From contig NC_069003.1 in assembly GCF_001194135.2 (NCBI RefSeq), forward strand, positions 6,767,506-6,803,900: 36,395 nt of DNA, in the 5' to 3' direction. The notes under the pieces are model-generated. The model was not told the DNA's origin and searched no databases. It was given only the letters and a program-made list of their open reading frames with translations. A program made the position numbers and the translations under genes. Each line of letters opens with the position of its first letter. The first letter of the stretch is position 1. Below, in pieces: positions 33,399 through 36,395 of the stretch. The DNA is from Octopus bimaculoides. Taxonomy: Eukaryota.

Positions 33399-33534
33399 GA
33401 TTTAAAAGACATAGAAATAACTCGTATTGGCCAGTTGAATTTATTTGGATAACATATACGAATGCCGGTTTGTTAAATGTCCTACAACAAAAATTCGTGA
33501 TCTATTTAAATTATATATGCATACGATTGTCTAC

Positions 33535-33680
33535 GATGTTGGTTTGTTCACATCCCTGTGACTTAGCAGCTTGGCAAAAGAGACCGATAGATTAAACCCT
33601 GGGCTTCAATTGTCTAACTAGACCCTTCAAAGCGGTACCCCAGCATGGCCACAGTCTAATGGCTGAAACTGGAAAAAGAT
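33535..33680 (+). mobile_element. SINE-A tail
   Basis: gcaaaagagaccgatag...cttcaaagcggtaccccagcatggccacagtctaatggctgaaac. Confidence 0.8.
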
Positions 33681-33699
33681 ATACGAAGTAACATAACAT

Positions 33700-33895
33700 T
33701 TATTTGTTTCAGTCATTAGACTGCGACCGTGCTGGAGCACCGCCTTGAACTTTTTGTCGAATGAATCGACCCCGGTACTTTCCTTTCTTTAAACCTGGTA
33801 CTCTTCTCTGCCGAACCGCTAAGCTGCAGGGACGTAAACACACCAACACTGGTTGTCAAGCGGTGGTGTAGGACAAATACAGACTAACACACTCA

Positions 33896-33943
<48 letters not shown>

Positions 33944-34095
33944 ACGGGCTTCTTTCAGTTTCCGTCTCCCAAATCCACTCACAAGACTTTGGTTGGTCTA
34001 GAAGACACTTTCCCAAAGTGCCACATAGTGGGAGTGAACCCGGAACCGTGTGATTGGGAAGCAAGCTTCTTAGCACACGGCCACGCCTGCACCTG
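33700..34095 (-). mobile_element. SINE-A, full length
   Basis: Colinear with the other antisense copies. Confidence 0.9.
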
Positions 34096-34159
34096 TGTTT
34101 ACTTTATTTTATTGGAGTGAGGGGGGGGGGCGTTTCTGATGTCTTAATACTAATCACTT

Positions 34160-34680
34160 TACATTAAATTTCTTCTCAGTATTTTTGTTTCTTTTTATTC
34201 TCTAATCCCACCATGGTTATTTCGTAATAATTTTCTAATCATGTCAGGCCCTTGCTTACTTAAACGTAAGTAGCAAAGGCACCCAAGATTCTATTGCCTT
34301 GAGTAGTTTTGTAAATTTTCCTATCTAAGCTCTTCAATTCACTTGTCTTCTAATTCATAATACTAAAGCTGAAATCTATTTCCGTAGTCACTGGTGTATT
34401 TATACCTATTATCTTATTCTTGGCATTGAATTCAGCCTTTAAAATTAGTCTCACTCGTATCTAGTTCCCTTTTCTAATTTTTCTCTTACGTTTCATAATA
34501 TTGTGCCTTATCAGTACCGTCTGCGTCGAAGCACTTACATAGGCGGATTCTCTCCAAATTTCTCTGGTTTCATTTTCTATGAATGTTATTTAGCATTATT
34601 CATAGACTAACTTTAGCACGCCTGTCTAATCCCGTACTTAGTTTGCTATCATCTCAATATTCACGTTCAGCTTCTTAGTA
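34160..34680 (-). pseudogene. Decayed non-LTR retrotransposon RT fragment, R4/Dong-like
   Basis: Minus-strand translations include GLDRRAK, RVRLILKAEFNAKNKIIGINT, FSFSIMN*KTSELKSLDRK and KGLT*LENYYEITMVGL, in the order recalled for R4/Dong RTs (FGLDKCAK...RVRLILKSELNAKNKI.AINT...LDRK...GRGL). Confidence 0.75.
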
Positions 34681-34758
34681 GGTTCTTCAGCTGAGGATTT
34701 TCTCTTGTAATAACACGGTTTGAAAATATTCACATTGGAGGCACTGTTTATAATTATT

Positions 34759-35194
34759 TACTCTTTTTTTTACTCTTTTACTTGTTTCAGTCATTTGACT
34801 GCGGCCATGCTGAGGCACCGCCTTTAGTCGAGCAAATCGACCCCAGGACTTATTCTTTGTAAGCCTAGTACTTATTGTATCGTTCTCTTTTTGCCGAACC
34901 GCTAATTTACGGGGACGTAAAGACACCAGCATCGGTTGTCAAGCGAAGTTGGGGGGGACAAACACAGACACAGAAACATATACACACACATACACACACA
35001 CATATATATATATATATACACATATATACGACGGGCTTCTTTCAGTTTCCGTCTACCAAATTCACTCACAAGGCTTTGGTCGGCCCGAGGCTATAGTAGA
35101 AGACACTTGCCCAAGGTGCCACGCAGTGGGACTGAACCCAGAACCATTTGGTTGGTAAGCAAGCTACTTACCACACAGCCACTCTTGCGTCTAT
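34759..35194 (-). mobile_element. SINE-A, full length, apparently little diverged
   Basis: Complete head, linker and tail, with the terminal tcttttac repeat. Confidence 0.95.
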
Positions 35195-35282
35195 ATTTGT
35201 TCATATAACTTTTAGCATTTTTTTTTTAATGGCGGCGGTAGAGAAGAAGGTTAGTGGCAACGATAATAGGTGTCGCTGCTAT

Positions 35283-35655
35283 TAAGGTGGCGAGTTTACA
35301 GAATCGATAGCACGTCGGACAAAACGTTTAGCAGCATTTCTTCCGACTTTACATTCTGGGTTCAAATTCCACCGGGGTCAACTTTGTCTTTCATCCTTTC
35401 GGGGGTTGATGGAATAAATATCAGTTGAATTCTGGGTGGGGTCGATGTAAGTGACTAAACCCCACCGGCCTTGACCCGACAGTAGGATTAATACTAAGAC
35501 ACTGAGAAGACAAAATCGTTAGCACGCCGGACAAATTGCGTAGCATCATTTCGTTCGGTTTGACGTTCTGAGTTCAAATTCCGCCGAGATCGACTTGGCC
35601 TTTTATCTTTTCGGGATCGATAAAATAAGTAGCAGCCAAATACTGGAGTCAATTT
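35283..35655 (+). mobile_element. Two tandem SINE-B copies
   Basis: 35283-35489 and 35496-35655, each with gggttcaaattcc/gagttcaaattcc. Confidence 0.85.
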
Positions 35656-36026
35656 CTCTTTCTTATTCCTTCGCTCTTTCTCTCTCGCTTTTCCCTGTCT
35701 CTCTCTTTCTTCTGCTCCTCCTCTGCTCCCGCCGTGTCCCCTGTGATCAGAACTGATGAAGAAATGACTCTCAGCTTAATGCGCCAAAGCACGTCTTTAG
35801 TCGCAACAACACTTCTAAGATTTCATTAGGAGTCGGGTGTCACAAACCCAAACCGTTGCGACAATGTTGGACTCCCGGCTGAAGAGTCAACATTTCTAAT
35901 GACTCAGTGTGTCATATACAGTCAAAATGCATATAACCTGACTTTTATTGGCTGATACCAAAGCAGTAAATAGATTATAACATACTTTACGTATATATAC
36001 ACATATATACATAATATATATACACG

Positions 36027-36080
<54 letters not shown>

Positions 36081-36395
36081 CATGCATGATAATTGATTCA
36101 TTTGCAATGCGAATTTCAAATTCAGCCATCTATTTACACACACGCACATTATAACTACCTTTTCTTTTATTTTACGATCTTTCTTTTGATGAAAGACTGG
36201 CGTCCGAAATGTCGTGATCTACCTCTTTGGTAGATCAGACCTGACATGGGACTAAAAAGTGCTTTAGTTATTGAGTGTTCGTTGTATCCTCTCGAAGTGA
36301 ACAATCAAAGTTCCTCATGCGAGTATAACCAGGAGAAGGAAACATATATATATATATATGTATTTCGTATATATATATATATATATGTATTTCGT

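Noticed and set aside
35753-35759. Isolated CTGATGA
   Set aside because: No stem II or GAAA at hammerhead distance.

Overview
Eukaryotic, AT-rich, repeat-saturated genomic DNA with 13 N-gaps (about 4.9 kb, ~13%). The tRNA-derived SINE families and the very high microsatellite density suggest a cephalopod, probably Octopus (inference from pattern recognition, no database search). Most of the window is SINEs (locally labelled A-F), microsatellites, two MITE types, LINE remnants (RTE 3' end, R4/Dong-like RT fragment) and a 61-bp minisatellite. One likely protein-coding gene starts on the + strand: a CpG-rich island at 22.5 kb, a splice donor at 23044, and a very large low-complexity coding exon (about 25544/25564-28435) ending in a canonical AG|GTAAG donor. 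That exon encodes a frame-preserving 14-aa repeat and His/Asn/Thr runs, and is preceded by a 135-codon ORF that overlaps its start as ATGA. No gene symbol can be assigned. The most unusual signals are minimal hammerhead-ribozyme motifs of the Penelope-like type. One is near intact (3567-3603, minus strand). Another lies in a tRNA-headed element arranged as a head-to-head palindromic dimer (31070-31420).
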